Positions 46,364 to 58,008 of a stretch of 64,000 nt of DNA are shown here, piece after piece (the stretch's first letter is position 1; each line of letters begins with the position of its first letter). The stretch is from Amoebophrya sp. A120 (lineage: Eukaryota; Protista; Dinoflagellata): positions 1,643,341 to 1,707,340 of the forward strand of contig CAJINV010000007.1 in assembly GCA_905178155.1 (NCBI GenBank). The letters run 5' to 3'. The translations under genes and the position numbers were made by a program. The notes under the pieces were generated by a model. The model saw nothing but the letters and a program-made list of their open reading frames with translations. It was not told the DNA's origin and ran no database searches.

Positions 46364-49300
46364 ATGAAGCGCAGTAGACTCGTTGCCGCGCGGCGATCCG
46401 TGGTAGGGAGTAGCCGCAGTAGCACTACTAGAAGAGCAGCCCTGGAAACGCCTCGTCCTGTGCCACACCTCCCACCACATAGCTCTGTCTACCCAAGTGG
46501 GCGAGCAGTGACTGGCGTACGACAAGAAGTGCAGGATCAGCAGGAGCAGGACCTTCGTTGTCGTTCTAATTCTCATGATATTACACAACCACCTACAAGT
46601 GTTGTACCCCGCGACCAGCCGGACAGGAGCACGCACTTAAACATCCAGCATGACCTCCACCCTTCGCAGCACCGTCGACATCTTCGACACCGCCCGCTCT
46701 TGGGGCCGCCGCGTCTGCCTGCGCACGTCATGGCCCTGCAGACGGTTGGGGACGGGAAGAAGTTGAGTCACATTTTGAAGCAAAACAGCGTGCTGTTTGA
46801 CGCGAACGATTGGGAGCTCGCGAAGTTTCAAATCGACGTACATCTAGATTCCATGGACGGGAAAGACCTGTGTCGGACCATCACGGCGCTGGCGCTGGCA
46901 GATGATGAAGAAGTACGTGATGAACATCATGTCCAAGAAGTAGAAGAACAGCCACAAGAACTAGTGTCCACGATGACAAAATCAAAATCATCATCGCCAG
47001 TTGTACTTCCGGACAAGGATAATGTCAACACCGGCGACGAGGTCCAAACTACACTAAAAGGCGAACAAGTTGGGGGTCTCGCAAGTACGCCAATTGGTTT
47101 CTCCCGACCGAGCAAAGACGAGGAATCTCGCCTTCTGCTCACGGTCGAACTAGGGGAACGGCTAAGCAGCCGCCTCTCTGCGCAGTTGCGACAACTCACC
47201 GTCGCGGAAATCGCAAACCTAGCACTGGTGCTCGGGACAACTTCCAATCGAAAGAATCTTAAAAAAGCCGCCCGCCTGCCGATTCTGGCGACCCTGGGCA
47301 TTTCTGTGGCTATGCGGGCGCTTGAAGCGAAACCGACAGACGTGATCACCATGGCGAAAGCGTACTGCCTAACGGAAATCAAGGACGCTAGCTTGTTTGC
47401 GAGACTGGCCGCGATGGCGTTGCTAACCTTGCCCTTCTTCACCCGCAAGCAGTCGATCGACCTGCTAAAAAGCATGACGGAGCTCGGGTTCCGCCACGAA
47501 GGGCTCTTGCTCAAGGTGGCACAGACGAAGCTTTTTACTAATGGAAATGCAGTGTACAGTGCCGGTTCAGGTTCTTCAAGTACGCAACCAGCTGCATCTT
47601 CCTCTTCTTCTATATCTGCGGAGGAAATTCTCAACGTGGCGTTCGTGTATTCGAACTTTGAGTTGGTTGTGCCACAAGTGTGTCACCTGCTCGAGTCGCA
47701 TTGGACGGTCGCGCTGGACGCGTTCCCACCACTTCTCGTGCCTTTGGAAGAAGAAAATAAAGATCACGTCGAACAAAATATTGGGGCTGCCGAAGATGGC
47801 GTTGATCTTGATGCCAGAAGTAGGCACGACACCAGCGCGGACGAGCAGGTCGAACGAAGTGGAAGTGCACATGTATTTACCAGTTGTCATGTTGGTTCTG
47901 CACCAGTATCAGGATCAGCATCACCTGGACGAGCTGCTGTAGAGCCTAGCCCAGATGAAGATGATGAGGAACTCCGGAGAGGTGGAGACAACGAGCAGCA
48001 GAGCAAATTGTACTGCCAAGATGGTACATCAGGAGCCACTGCCTGGTGCGAGGACACAACAGCCGACATCACAACACTTATATCTCTTTCACTTTCTTGC
48101 TCAGGATCTTCAGCTGATTCTTCCGCATCAGAAAGTGCTGTTTCACTGGCACAATTTCTCGTTTCCATCCACGAACTGGAGTTGTTAGAGATTCTACCGG
48201 ACGTGGCCGCTGCAGTCCGGGCTCGGGTCAAGCTGGAGACTTTAATACTCGGAGGAGAGCAGCAGGTAGCTTTTGGAGAGAAAAGCAAAAGTCCGGATAG
48301 TTTACTCTGGCGATTTTTCGTCGCGTTGGGGGAAGCAGAAGGACGGCAGCGGAGAAATAGAGGAGCAGCTCGGATGAGCTGCTCTAGAGCGACGCATGTT
48401 CATCTTCATGTTCCGTTCGGCGGGACGAGGACCGGGAGGTGTGGGGGAGCTGTCGCTGGATACAAAGCTGAACCTTCGACTCCATCAGAAAAAATTTCAC
48501 CACCTCAGGATAAGCAGAGAACGAGTTTTGATGTTGCTTTTGAACCATCGGAGGACAAGGCGAAGATGAAGGAAGACAGCCTGAAAATTATGTGGAGACG
48601 CTATTACCCGCAAGAGGCCGCTATGAACGAGTTGCTTCGGGAATCCCAAAAGTGGCGTCTTCAAGCTTCTACTGCTACTACTTCGCCGATATTTTCTTCC
48701 ACCAAGGACGACAGCACCGCGCCAGCACAAGCTGCCGATCGCTACTTTCTTGCCGACGGTCGATCTAAAAATCATCCCCGGCTGGTGCACTGTAGTAGGA
48801 GTAGGAGACTGTCGTCATTAAAAAATGTCACAGCACCACACCACCTCCCGCAAATGATGCGCACCTTGGGATTGTGGTCCCAGCACACGCCGGTGGACCT
48901 GCAACCGTTGATTGCTGCTTGCGTGGAAACCTTGGAGGAGGTGGCTACGAGAACCTGTGCACCATCAGCCTCTAGTGATGGCCCTGTTTCGACGCGCTTC
49001 CACTTCCAGAAAGGTACAAACTCCTGGTCTCTGGTCCAACTGTGCCACATAGCAAAGGGTCTCCGGTTGCTTCCGCCGTCGATTAGCGTGAGATTGCGCG
49101 AGCTGGTTGCGCCGCTGCTGCGGAATGCAGTGTTGAGCCGGGCGGGGGTCGAAGATGATGATTTTTCTTCCGGGCTGGAACAGGACAACGTCAACGACAA
49201 AATCTCAAATGTCACAGAACAAACATCTGCACCAGCACGAAGGCCGGTTTCGTCAATGAAAAATGAAAACCTTTACTGGGAAAGCCTGGCACTGTCGGCA

Positions 49301-50191
49301 GTGGCTTTGCAAGTGGAAAAAGAACAAGTTATAAATCAAGAAGTAGAAGATTCATCTGCTCTTCGTGTGGAGGAGATTTGCAAGAGAATCGCAAGGAAAT
49401 CTGCGAACGTACAACTACGGAGGCTGCTGGGGGTTTTCTCAGGAAATGATGATGATGATGACAAAAATTCAGTGCTGCAAGAACATGAACACGAGTCGAC
49501 TTGTTCGTCCACCGCTTCAAATAGAAATAGTACAGCCAGAACTTCTGCTGATGTTGACGAGAGTGGACGACGAAATGCAGCTGCATCTCCTACATCTACT
49601 TCCGCGTCAGTATCATCAATATCATCCGCTCGTCCGACCACTTCATCTCCGAGCAGAAAAAGCCGGCATTTACAAAATTCTCAATTGCACCTGCTTCCGC
49701 CTGCCATGCGTGACTTGGTGCAGAGCCTGCAAAGCCGATCTTTCACCGTAGTTTTTCCGGACCTGCTGCCGCACTACGTTGTAATTGCGTCCTCGTCCTC
49801 CTGGACACGCGGGAGTCCTTCGACCGATGGTTTTATTTCCGGGCTCGGTGCGGACATGGAGAAAAAGAAAATGAAAAATGAGAAGAAGGACACTGATGCA
49901 GTAGACCACACCCACAGTTCCTCGCAGCAGGAACAAGCCCATCAAAATATGAAGCACCTGATCTTGGCTCCCGAGCACTTGATACGAGGTGAAGTGTCCT
50001 ACGAAACGCAAGCGCTGTGTGCGCGATATGATGTAAAAGGACAGATTCGCTATGCTGGGGACATGATGTTCTCGTCCATCTACTCGCGCCGGTCGGAGAA
50101 GAACAAAAGTGCTCAACACGTCGGAACTAGCTGTCAGTCCAAGCTTCTCGCATCAACCGATAGGGGTCTACTTCAGGAGGGGCTTTGTTGA
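46364..50191 (+). CDS. Helical-repeat (RAP/OPR/HPR-like) putative organellar RNA-binding protein
   Basis: 1275-aa ORF; Arg/Ser-rich N-terminus; roughly 37-aa repeats LTVAEIANLALVLG, KPTDVITMAKAYCLTEIKDASLFARLA and FTRKQSIDLLKSMTELGFRHEGLLLKVA. Confidence 0.65.
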   Translation: MKRSRLVAARRSVVGSSRSSTTRRAALETPRPVPHLPPHSSVYPSGRAVTGVRQEVQDQQEQDLRCRSNSHDITQPPTSVVPRDQPDRSTHLNIQHDLHPSQHRRHLRHRPLLGPPRLPAHVMALQTVGDGKKLSHILKQNSVLFDANDWELAKFQIDVHLDSMDGKDLCRTITALALADDEEVRDEHHVQEVEEQPQELVSTMTKSKSSSPVVLPDKDNVNTGDEVQTTLKGEQVGGLASTPIGFSRPSKDEESRLLLTVELGERLSSRLSAQLRQLTVAEIANLALVLGTTSNRKNLKKAARLPILATLGISVAMRALEAKPTDVITMAKAYCLTEIKDASLFARLAAMALLTLPFFTRKQSIDLLKSMTELGFRHEGLLLKVAQTKLFTNGNAVYSAGSGSSSTQPAASSSSSISAEEILNVAFVYSNFELVVPQVCHLLESHWTVALDAFPPLLVPLEEENKDHVEQNIGAAEDGVDLDARSRHDTSADEQVERSGSAHVFTSCHVGSAPVSGSASPGRAAVEPSPDEDDEELRRGGDNEQQSKLYCQDGTSGATAWCEDTTADITTLISLSLSCSGSSADSSASESAVSLAQFLVSIHELELLEILPDVAAAVRARVKLETLILGGEQQVAFGEKSKSPDSLLWRFFVALGEAEGRQRRNRGAARMSCSRATHVHLHVPFGGTRTGRCGGAVAGYKAEPSTPSEKISPPQDKQRTSFDVAFEPSEDKAKMKEDSLKIMWRRYYPQEAAMNELLRESQKWRLQASTATTSPIFSSTKDDSTAPAQAADRYFLADGRSKNHPRLVHCSRSRRLSSLKNVTAPHHLPQMMRTLGLWSQHTPVDLQPLIAACVETLEEVATRTCAPSASSDGPVSTRFHFQKGTNSWSLVQLCHIAKGLRLLPPSISVRLRELVAPLLRNAVLSRAGVEDDDFSSGLEQDNVNDKISNVTEQTSAPARRPVSSMKNENLYWESLALSAVALQVEKEQVINQEVEDSSALRVEEICKRIARKSANVQLRRLLGVFSGNDDDDDKNSVLQEHEHESTCSSTASNRNSTARTSADVDESGRRNAAASPTSTSASVSSISSARPTTSSPSRKSRHLQNSQLHLLPPAMRDLVQSLQSRSFTVVFPDLLPHYVVIASSSSWTRGSPSTDGFISGLGADMEKKKMKNEKKDTDAVDHTHSSSQQEQAHQNMKHLILAPEHLIRGEVSYETQALCARYDVKGQIRYAGDMMFSSIYSRRSEKNKSAQHVGTSCQSKLLASTDRGLLQEGLC

Positions 50192-50562
50192 CAACAGTAA
50201 AAGTACCAGGCAAGAAGTATTAATCTGGTTTATCGAACCTTTTTGGTGTTCCCTAGCTCACGTTTCGGCTGCTCCCATCTGATTGTCTTCGTTATTTTTT
50301 CTCCTTCGAGATCGGGGTTGCAGTTGCTTGTTCGGCGCCGGTGGTACTTCTTCCTCGAACCTCAACCTTTCCCGTTTGTGCGGCCGCTCACTACCGCATA
50401 TCAGCAGGACAGCGGTATTTCGCTTTCGTACAGACTGGCGGTACTAGAAGTAGTTGTCGAGGCAATTTCATTCTTTTGCAGCGGCTACCGGGGTTGCACT
50501 TGCAAGTGCATGTCCAACGGATCTACTTCATTATCATTTACATTAATATACGCAGAGCAATC

Positions 50563-52358
50563 ATGTCGATCGCCTTCCGCTTTGTTTCATCCAGTAGATG
50601 GATCATGCTCTTGGCTTCATCTGCTCCAGAGCTGCGTCAAAAACCTCTTCGGCCGCGCACCTACTACTTTCCACAGGCGCTCTTCTTCCGTGTGTTGTTC
50701 CTTCTTTACGCTTGCCCCGCAGCGAAAGAAACCCAGAATGTCTTTCCGAACGTTGCGGACATGCGGGATGAGCTTCGCGCCGGTGACTACCGGCTGGTCC
50801 GGCCGAGTCCCACGACTAAGACCGCGGAAGTGCAGAAGCGCTACCGGATGGATGGGACAGTTGCTGCGTTCGTAAAGAAGGTGATGGGACGAGTCAACGA
50901 AGCGAAGGAGACCCTGCGCCGAAAAGAGCTGCTCCCAGCGATGAAGGACGATTTGCAAGAGGAAATCAAAGTCACGGACCAGGAACTGCAAGACAACCAG
51001 CAGACGCTCGAAGAGTACCAGGAGGAGTGGCTATCCAGGAAACAACACCCATCCCCATCCAATTTGTCATGCAAAACATGCATGATAAGCTGCAGTGTTT
51101 GTCATGCAAAAAATGGATTGGGATGGTTTTTTTTTTCCTGGACACTGGCGGCAATCCATCTACCGCCAGTATAACGCCACGCTGAAGCAGCACTTCCCCG
51201 AACCAAGGCAACTGGACTTGGAAGTGATCCACCTGCTGACGACGAACAGCCCAGAAAATCGCCGTGCTTTGGAGCCGCTACTGGGCTACGTGGCGCACGG
51301 CCTAACGTCGTTTGGGAACTTCACGAAACACAGCGAAACGATTGCCACTGCCGCGGAGGCCGTTTGGATTCTTAGTTTTAATGACAAGAAAAACCTATCC
51401 TGCGGATCAAATAAAGTATGGTGCGATGCTCGTACTCATTGCGTTGGTGCATGAACGAGATGATCAAAAGGAAAATTGAAATATAATGATCTTTATCCCT
51501 AGCCTGCACTAGCATTCCAAAGGTGTACTTCTCATGTGGAAAACAAGAAATTGTAACGCACTCTAGCATCCGAGTTCGAGTATGTACGAGAAGTGGCGCT
51601 ATTCTTATTCTTTTGCATAAACCCAAGAGATTCTCACATTCGAGTATAACGCGATCGAGAAGTTGGCAGCGGTGCTCGACAATTACTTCACGTACTACGA
51701 CACCACGAGAGATGAGCAAGATACGGCCATGGCGAACCGAAAGGAGATGAAACCGCCGCAAATCAACGTGGAGGCGGCGAAATTCGCCCCGATCGCCGCC
51801 ATGTGGGCGGCGGCGGCCTTGCAGAACTTGGCCGCGAGCTACTGCAGTTCTTCGTCCTCGAGCCGGTGCGAGTGGGCGTGGGATACGAAATCCTCTCTCT
51901 TACAAAACACCACAGCGGTTGTGATCGACAATGCGTTCAACAGGGAGGACATTATGGCCGTGCTCGTGGAGAGCGAGGGGCATCTGTGGGAGAAAATCGC
52001 GGGGCGCATGCTTTGTCAAAACAGCAACAGTAGGAAATTTAGAGACAGTTTGAAACCAGCCACGGTGGAAGATGTGCGGCAGCTAGCAGTTTCGAAAAAG
52101 GAGAAGGCGATGCTGCAGGACCCGAGGTACATGAACCAACTCGCGGTCTGGGCCTTTGCGGGGTTGCTGAAAAATCTGGCGATACGTACGGAGAGCCATC
52201 GCTTTTACGGGGAGGGAGCCTGGAAGTGTTTGTGCGATTTGACGACGAGCGCAGACTGGTTGGAGAGTAGCAAGGCGGAAAAGGCGATTTTGCATTTGGG
52301 CGGGAATGAAACGGACTGTCAGAAACGGATGAAAACCATGCGACAGAGGGAGCTCTGA
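50563..52358 (+). CDS. Armadillo-like helical-repeat protein with hydrophobic leader and coiled coil
   Basis: Frames join after removing IE8 and a GT-AG intron at about 51416-51629; ARM-like helices AAEAVWILSFN, WAAAALQNLAA and FAGLLKNLAI. Confidence 0.65.
51032..51144. mobile_element. Introner IE8, family A (113 bp), reverse orientation relative to IE1/IE4
   Basis: TATCCAGGAAACAACACCCATCCCCATCCA ... TGGATTGGGATGGTTTTTTTTTTCCTGGACA; imperfect TSD GTGGC (51027-51031) / CTGGC (51145-51149); removal of 118 nt gives EEWRQSIYRQY. Confidence 0.9.
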
Positions 52359-52699
52359 CGATGGCAGCGGCAGGTTGTTGGTGGGATTCGATTTGTTGCG
52401 AAGTGGCTGATTGATGGAATGAAAATAAAAACATTATCATGCGACCGCGCCCACTGGGTTTTGGATTCTCAAAGTTAGAGTGCGAGCATCAAGAAAAGGC
52501 ATAAGAAGAAGAACCTTGCTTATGATCGGCCAGGAAAAGTTAGTCCGATCGGTTCGCGGCCTACAAAGTTATTTGAAGTATTGCGAGTTCGGCGCTGCGA
52601 TTTGTTGTTCGTCGTCTTGCTCTGACACCACTGGGACCGAGAGCGTGTTCGAGGACGGAAATGAAGGCAACATGGGAACACAAGGAGTCTGACCGTGAG

Positions 52700-53770
52700 G
52701 CCAATGAGGTCAACCGCCGCGCTTCCGAGACATGCGCCGCGCGCCCTTCCGCCTCTATTATAATCCGCGGCGGCTTATTGCTGGAGGCCTCCGCCGCCGA
52801 TGAAGCGGCGCAAGTGCAGGCCAGGGCGGCGCTGCAGGGGGTGCCGGCGACCCCGGTCACCACAATGACGCAAGTCGCCGAGGGGTCGGCGCGCCGAGGT
52901 CCGCGGCCCCTTCGGAAACGGCGACGGCCCGGCCCGCCGGAGCGAGACGCTCTGCGTCTTGTATACTCTCACGACACGGGTGGAGCTGAGCACCGCCGGC
53001 GACTGGATAACGCCCGCGGCCTGCGCCGCGACTGCGCCAAGCTTCGAGACAGGTCGGCCGCAAAGCACCCGGACGGGCTGGCCACATTTAGCCAGCGGCC
53101 GCGGCCGTCCTTAGATGGCAGTGCGCAGGCCGCTCCTGCTTTGGGCTGTAGACGCCTACAAGTGGACGGCGGCGCGGTTGAAGTGCCGGAGCGATAAGGA
53201 GCGGCCGCGCCGCCGATTGCTGGGGCCGCCCGAAAGCAGTCAGCGCGCGTGGTCTGCCGCGCCGTCCGCCGGCCGGCCCGCTCTTGGGGGCGCGCCGCTC
53301 GGCCTGGGGCGCCGGGGCGGCCGGGCGGCATTTGGTGGAACAGCCGGGCCGCCCGGCCCTTCGTTCCTTCGCCAGCATGGCTCCGCCTGCGTGCGTTCGC
53401 GCCACCTTTGTGGCCGGCCGGCCCGCCGGGTGCTTGTTCATTGTAGATCGGGACTGGCCGGGGGCGGGTAGGGAGCTTGCTTGGCGTCCTGTTTTGTTTT
53501 TTGGGCCGGCACCCGGGGCCGGTCGGTGCGCTGGCTTGATTCGTTAGGTTTGATATGCGCGCCGGCGCTCTTCGGCTGCGTGCCCCTGCCTTTGCCTTCC
53601 ATCCTGGTTTGCGAAGTTCTGCTCTTGCAGCCTCTTCCATCCGGGAACCCACGCACCCTGTCAGGCAGCGCAGTCGGCGGACCAAGTGTTGCCCCAGTGT
53701 TTCCGCGCGCACGCATGATGGAACTCAAGCTCCCGCTGTCGCTTCGCGTTACGTTGCTTGCGGTGAGGCT
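52700..53770. other. GC-rich intergenic island 3 (boundaries approximate)
   Basis: Same texture as islands 1 and 2. Confidence 0.55.
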
Positions 53771-54459
53771 CTGTGGTGCAGTGGTCGTCGGTCTGACTTC
53801 CTTGTTCATAAAAATGAGAATACAGACTACACCGCTCCTTGGTACTCAACACCAGGGGAAGCTCTGCGAATTGAGAGACACATATATGTAGTGCTCGAGG
53901 AGTTGGAGCAGGGCCAGGACTTACAAAAGTATGATCGAGAGGTGGTAGAGCTCTTGCTCAACGCTTTGCAGTCACTTTCCCACATTTTTATTTTTCTGTT
54001 GGTTTTTTATTGCCGCAGAGCCCGCCAAAATCAAAATGACAAGCTTGCCAGAGATTGAGAGACTCAGGAGCGGTAAAGGATGAAGTTAGACTATCAATAT
54101 TACGTATTGCGCTATGTCTCGGTCGATGTTTTTTTTTTATCATGAATATTCAAGATTTTGACTCGATCTCCATTTTGCTCGTGAAATTTGTCTGATGGCT
54201 TTTCATGCGCTTCGACTTTTATTTTACGCCAGGGCCCCAAGCAACTACACGGACGTAGTGAATAGATGCTCGAGTTTTTCTTCCCGACCAGGCATTACAG
54301 TAGCAGCCTGTGCGACTTTATGATTATGAAGATTTTTTATCGCGACTTGACACCTCCGCCTATTCGGCTGTGATACTTCTCGGAAACTACAAACAAACAG
54401 CGTCACATCCCGAGTCAGAGGGGCTTGAAGCTTCACTGGGATGACTTTACAAAAAAAGG

Positions 54460-55853
54460 ATGGGTGAAGACGATCAGGACGGCGCTGGTGGCCGCAAGCC
54501 CCCGCCTTGGAACAATCAGAGCCACACGACGAAAAAACCGGGATCAACGACGTCACAGCGGCCCGGCGAGGAAGCTGAGGAGGAAGATGATGAAGAGGAC
54601 GTTCTTGGCAACATAGAGCTAAACTCCACCGTCACCGCAGAGTCACACCTTCCGGAGCACAGCAATTATCCCACCGCACAGCTACAGCAGGACGCGTTAC
54701 GGCGGTACCAAACCGATGGCAACGATGGGAGCAGTTTGTCCCTCGGTACCGATTTTATTTTCGGTGGAGCAACAGAAAAACCATCGGTGTTGCTGCAACA
54801 GGAAGCGCAGCACCAGTTCGGGCATGGCCACGGTGGGGATCTGCAGCCTGACCCAGGGCCAGGTAACGCTGCAAGAGGAATTTTGATTTTCGTATTCGTC
54901 GTTTCAATGGAATTCTTGCAAGTTTTGAGCATCTTCTTCAATGAGTTCCGGTTTCTGAAGATTTGACCTGTGTTTTCGGCGGCACGCAAAAACTCAAGCG
55001 CGCCAAATAAACATCAAAAACAGGCCAGCGTCCTACCACATCCCTTGAAGACTTCATAGATTGCCTCAACACCGACGACAGTAACCACTATGGGGCGCGC
55101 CCCCCTGCCGTATTACCGCCAACAAATTTATCACACGATCCACGACCCCCACCTCCCAGTGCCCCCTACCCCGGCACAACATCACCGTCCCCACCAACAC
55201 CCCCACGCCCTCCCTCAACAACCACCCAGCAGCATCAACCGAGCGCCTCCTCAACCGCGCCGCACCCTCCCGGCCCGCCGGACGACGGCTTTCAGTGCGA
55301 CGACTGCCCAATCTGTTTCGAACCCATAGACCCCGCGGAGGCGGCGATGCGGTGTAAAAACCGCTCGCACCCGCATTTTTTCCACTCCTCCTGCCTGTCC
55401 GCCTGGATCCAGACCGCGCGGCAACAAAGGATCCGGCCGAGCTGCCCGATTTGTCGGAACGACGTGGAGTTTCACGCGAAAAGGCTGAACCAGTTTCTGC
55501 AAGAGCAGCAACGGGTGAGAAACGGCGGAGCCTCGTCTAGTTCCAGCTCGGGGGATACCATGACGGACGAAGATTTGGGGTTTTTCCAGTCCATTTACCA
55601 GAATCTGGACGACACCGTAAAAGACGGCTGGTCCAACGTGACGTGGGAAAATGTCACCTACGCCGGCGGCTTGATCGCGTGCTTCGGCTGGGGCTTCTAT
55701 TCCGGCTACAACTACGACCGGATGTACGTTCCCTTGGAACTCATCCCGCAGCAAACTGACAACCGAGTCGCGCAGGGTGTGGGCTGGTTTGCCGGGGTGT
55801 TGGCCCGGGAGATAAAGCGCTGGCATGACCGGAAGAGCCGGAGGGACGATTGA
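54460..55853 (+). CDS. RING-H2 zinc-finger protein (putative E3 ligase) with C-terminal hydrophobic segments
   Basis: CPICFE...MRC.....HFFHSSCLSAW......PSCPICR; GT-AG intron 54863-55023; start codon uncertain. Confidence 0.8.
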
Positions 55854-58008
55854 TTACGGTTTCTGGCGGTTGCTTTGTTCTGGTGACATCGGTGTTTATT
55901 TGATTGGGCAGGACGACGACCCGAGGTCCAAAGCACCACTGTCGCCGTGCTTTGCTCTGGCGAAATAGAAACACGAGAACAAGAACGTTGAAGTTGATAT
56001 ACGAGCGACTGTCAAAATTATCCCCAGTTTCCATCTACTGTTGAACGTAAACGAAATCTTCCGCTATGCGGCACCCTGATCCTCTCAACATTTGAAAGTT
56101 GTTCAAAGTCGAACTGCTCAATGCTCGCATCGTCGTCGTCACTTAGACTTACACGTATTATTATCAGGGTGGACAGCATCAGCATGTGCATGTAGCAGGA
56201 GCTGATTGATGCCCCTTGATGATTTTGATTTGGCTTCGTCGTGGTTATTTTTGCCTCCTCGTCCCGGTAGACTGGGCGTCGTTCTTTGAGATGTGAGTGA
56301 AGATCGTTTGAGCTGCAGTGTCCGGAGTTTGAGAGAACATGATTAGACGACCGCGAGGAGGCCATTCTGGGCCGGTATCGTCATTCGTTTTTCAAGATTC
56401 GCTACTAACTCGTCTTCGTCTTTTTCTCTTTATTATAGCGGCATAGTACACAAAAGCACTGCCTCTGGGCGACAATTTAACTTTCTGTTGTGGGTTCGCG
56501 CTGGTCAATTTTTATTCTTATCGATTTAAAGCAGACATCAAAGTGACGTGAACCTTCTAGAGAAGAGGAAAAGCTGTATCTATAGGTCACTCGTGTCAAG
56601 AGGCGTTTTTTCTGTAGCTCCTTCATCAATTGCAACGTCAACGGCCGCCCCCCCAGGCCGAAGTAGGTCTTGCGGACTGTGGGGTAGCGAACACCCCGAC
56701 ATCGAGGGGCGACGTTCAGTGCCGAAGAAACAGCTGCTGCAGGAGCTGAAGTCGAGGTTGAAAGCAGTAGTGACAGTCGTGCCCGCATCTCCTCCTTTAT
56801 CTTCGTCAGAAGTGCGAGGGTCCTACAACGAACTCGTAGCTCAGGCACGGCGACAACGGAGCGCGGGCGGCACTCTTCGCTTAGCGGACAGCACGACCAC
56901 GGCTGCTCATTCTACTCTTCAACCTGCACCAGCACCACCTCCAACGAACTAATTCAGCAAGCTGTTTTGCTGAAAAGAAGGGTGGTCGGAAAGTCATCCG
57001 AGTTTTCCGTAGAAGATTCTTGACCGCGGCCACCGCATCATCAGACCACTACAACTGCTGGTGGAGCTTCAACTGGATCATAGTTGCACGAACGGAGTAG
57101 AACAAGAACGCTTCCTCGCAGCGCCAGTAGAGCTCGCACTTCCTCTTGCAGCGCTTTAGTCGTCGGGGTAGTTGTGTCGCGTGACCGGACATAGAGCAAC
57201 AGGTTGCACCGGTTCAGCAGGCGGAGAACAAATAGCTACGGACACGTGCTGGCTTCGCTTTTCAGCGAGAAAGGCGCGAGGTGGGACGAAGAAGTAGAAA
57301 AATACCACACTGCTGCTCATTTTCCCACTCGTGTTGCCTTTGCAACATCCTTAGTGCGCAGGGCGAGAATTGGTTGCCGGGTCGCATTTTTTCACCAGAG
57401 TCGTTACCCGCACCGTTCGTGACGCATCCAGGAAGATCTCTGCTTTCTACTGGCCGCACAACTGAGCAGAGGAAATAAGCGAAGACAAGTACGGTTGCCA
57501 CGGCGAACAACGAAATCGAGGCGGTTGAGCAAGAGCGCAAGCTTGGTCCAGAATTGCCGTGTCACCACGTTGTTCAACTCTAAAACGTGAAGCCAAAACA
57601 AAGTGTAACGACGACTACCGCAGTGGGGAGCACATACAGACCGCACTCGGCTGCTTCTAATTCCCCGTTTTCTACTAGACCTAGTTGGGAGGTGGAACCA
57701 CATCAACTGAAAACGACAGGATCGATCACCGGGAAGACCGAACAAGCGAGAGCCTTTAGTACTACCTCGCTGTCGTGTCAAACTTCCCTGTAAGTACCTG
57801 CAAGAGGTGTAGCTGCAGCAGCGCAGCAGTCCACCCTGGTTGGATCTCGTCCCGCCGCACCAGAGTCGGGAACTTCTGTACACTACAGACTACCACTGCA
57901 AGTGCGACGTCATCGCGGCTAATCGATCCAGTCACGAGCGGAGGCTAACTAAAACACAGGAGCGTTGAAGCATAACCTGTTCCGCTTCTTCACCCAGGAG
58001 AAGCAAGA

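Noticed and set aside
56477-57883. Gene between the RING protein and CFAP91
   Set aside because: Only short low-complexity ORFs; no domain or consistent splice model could be built.
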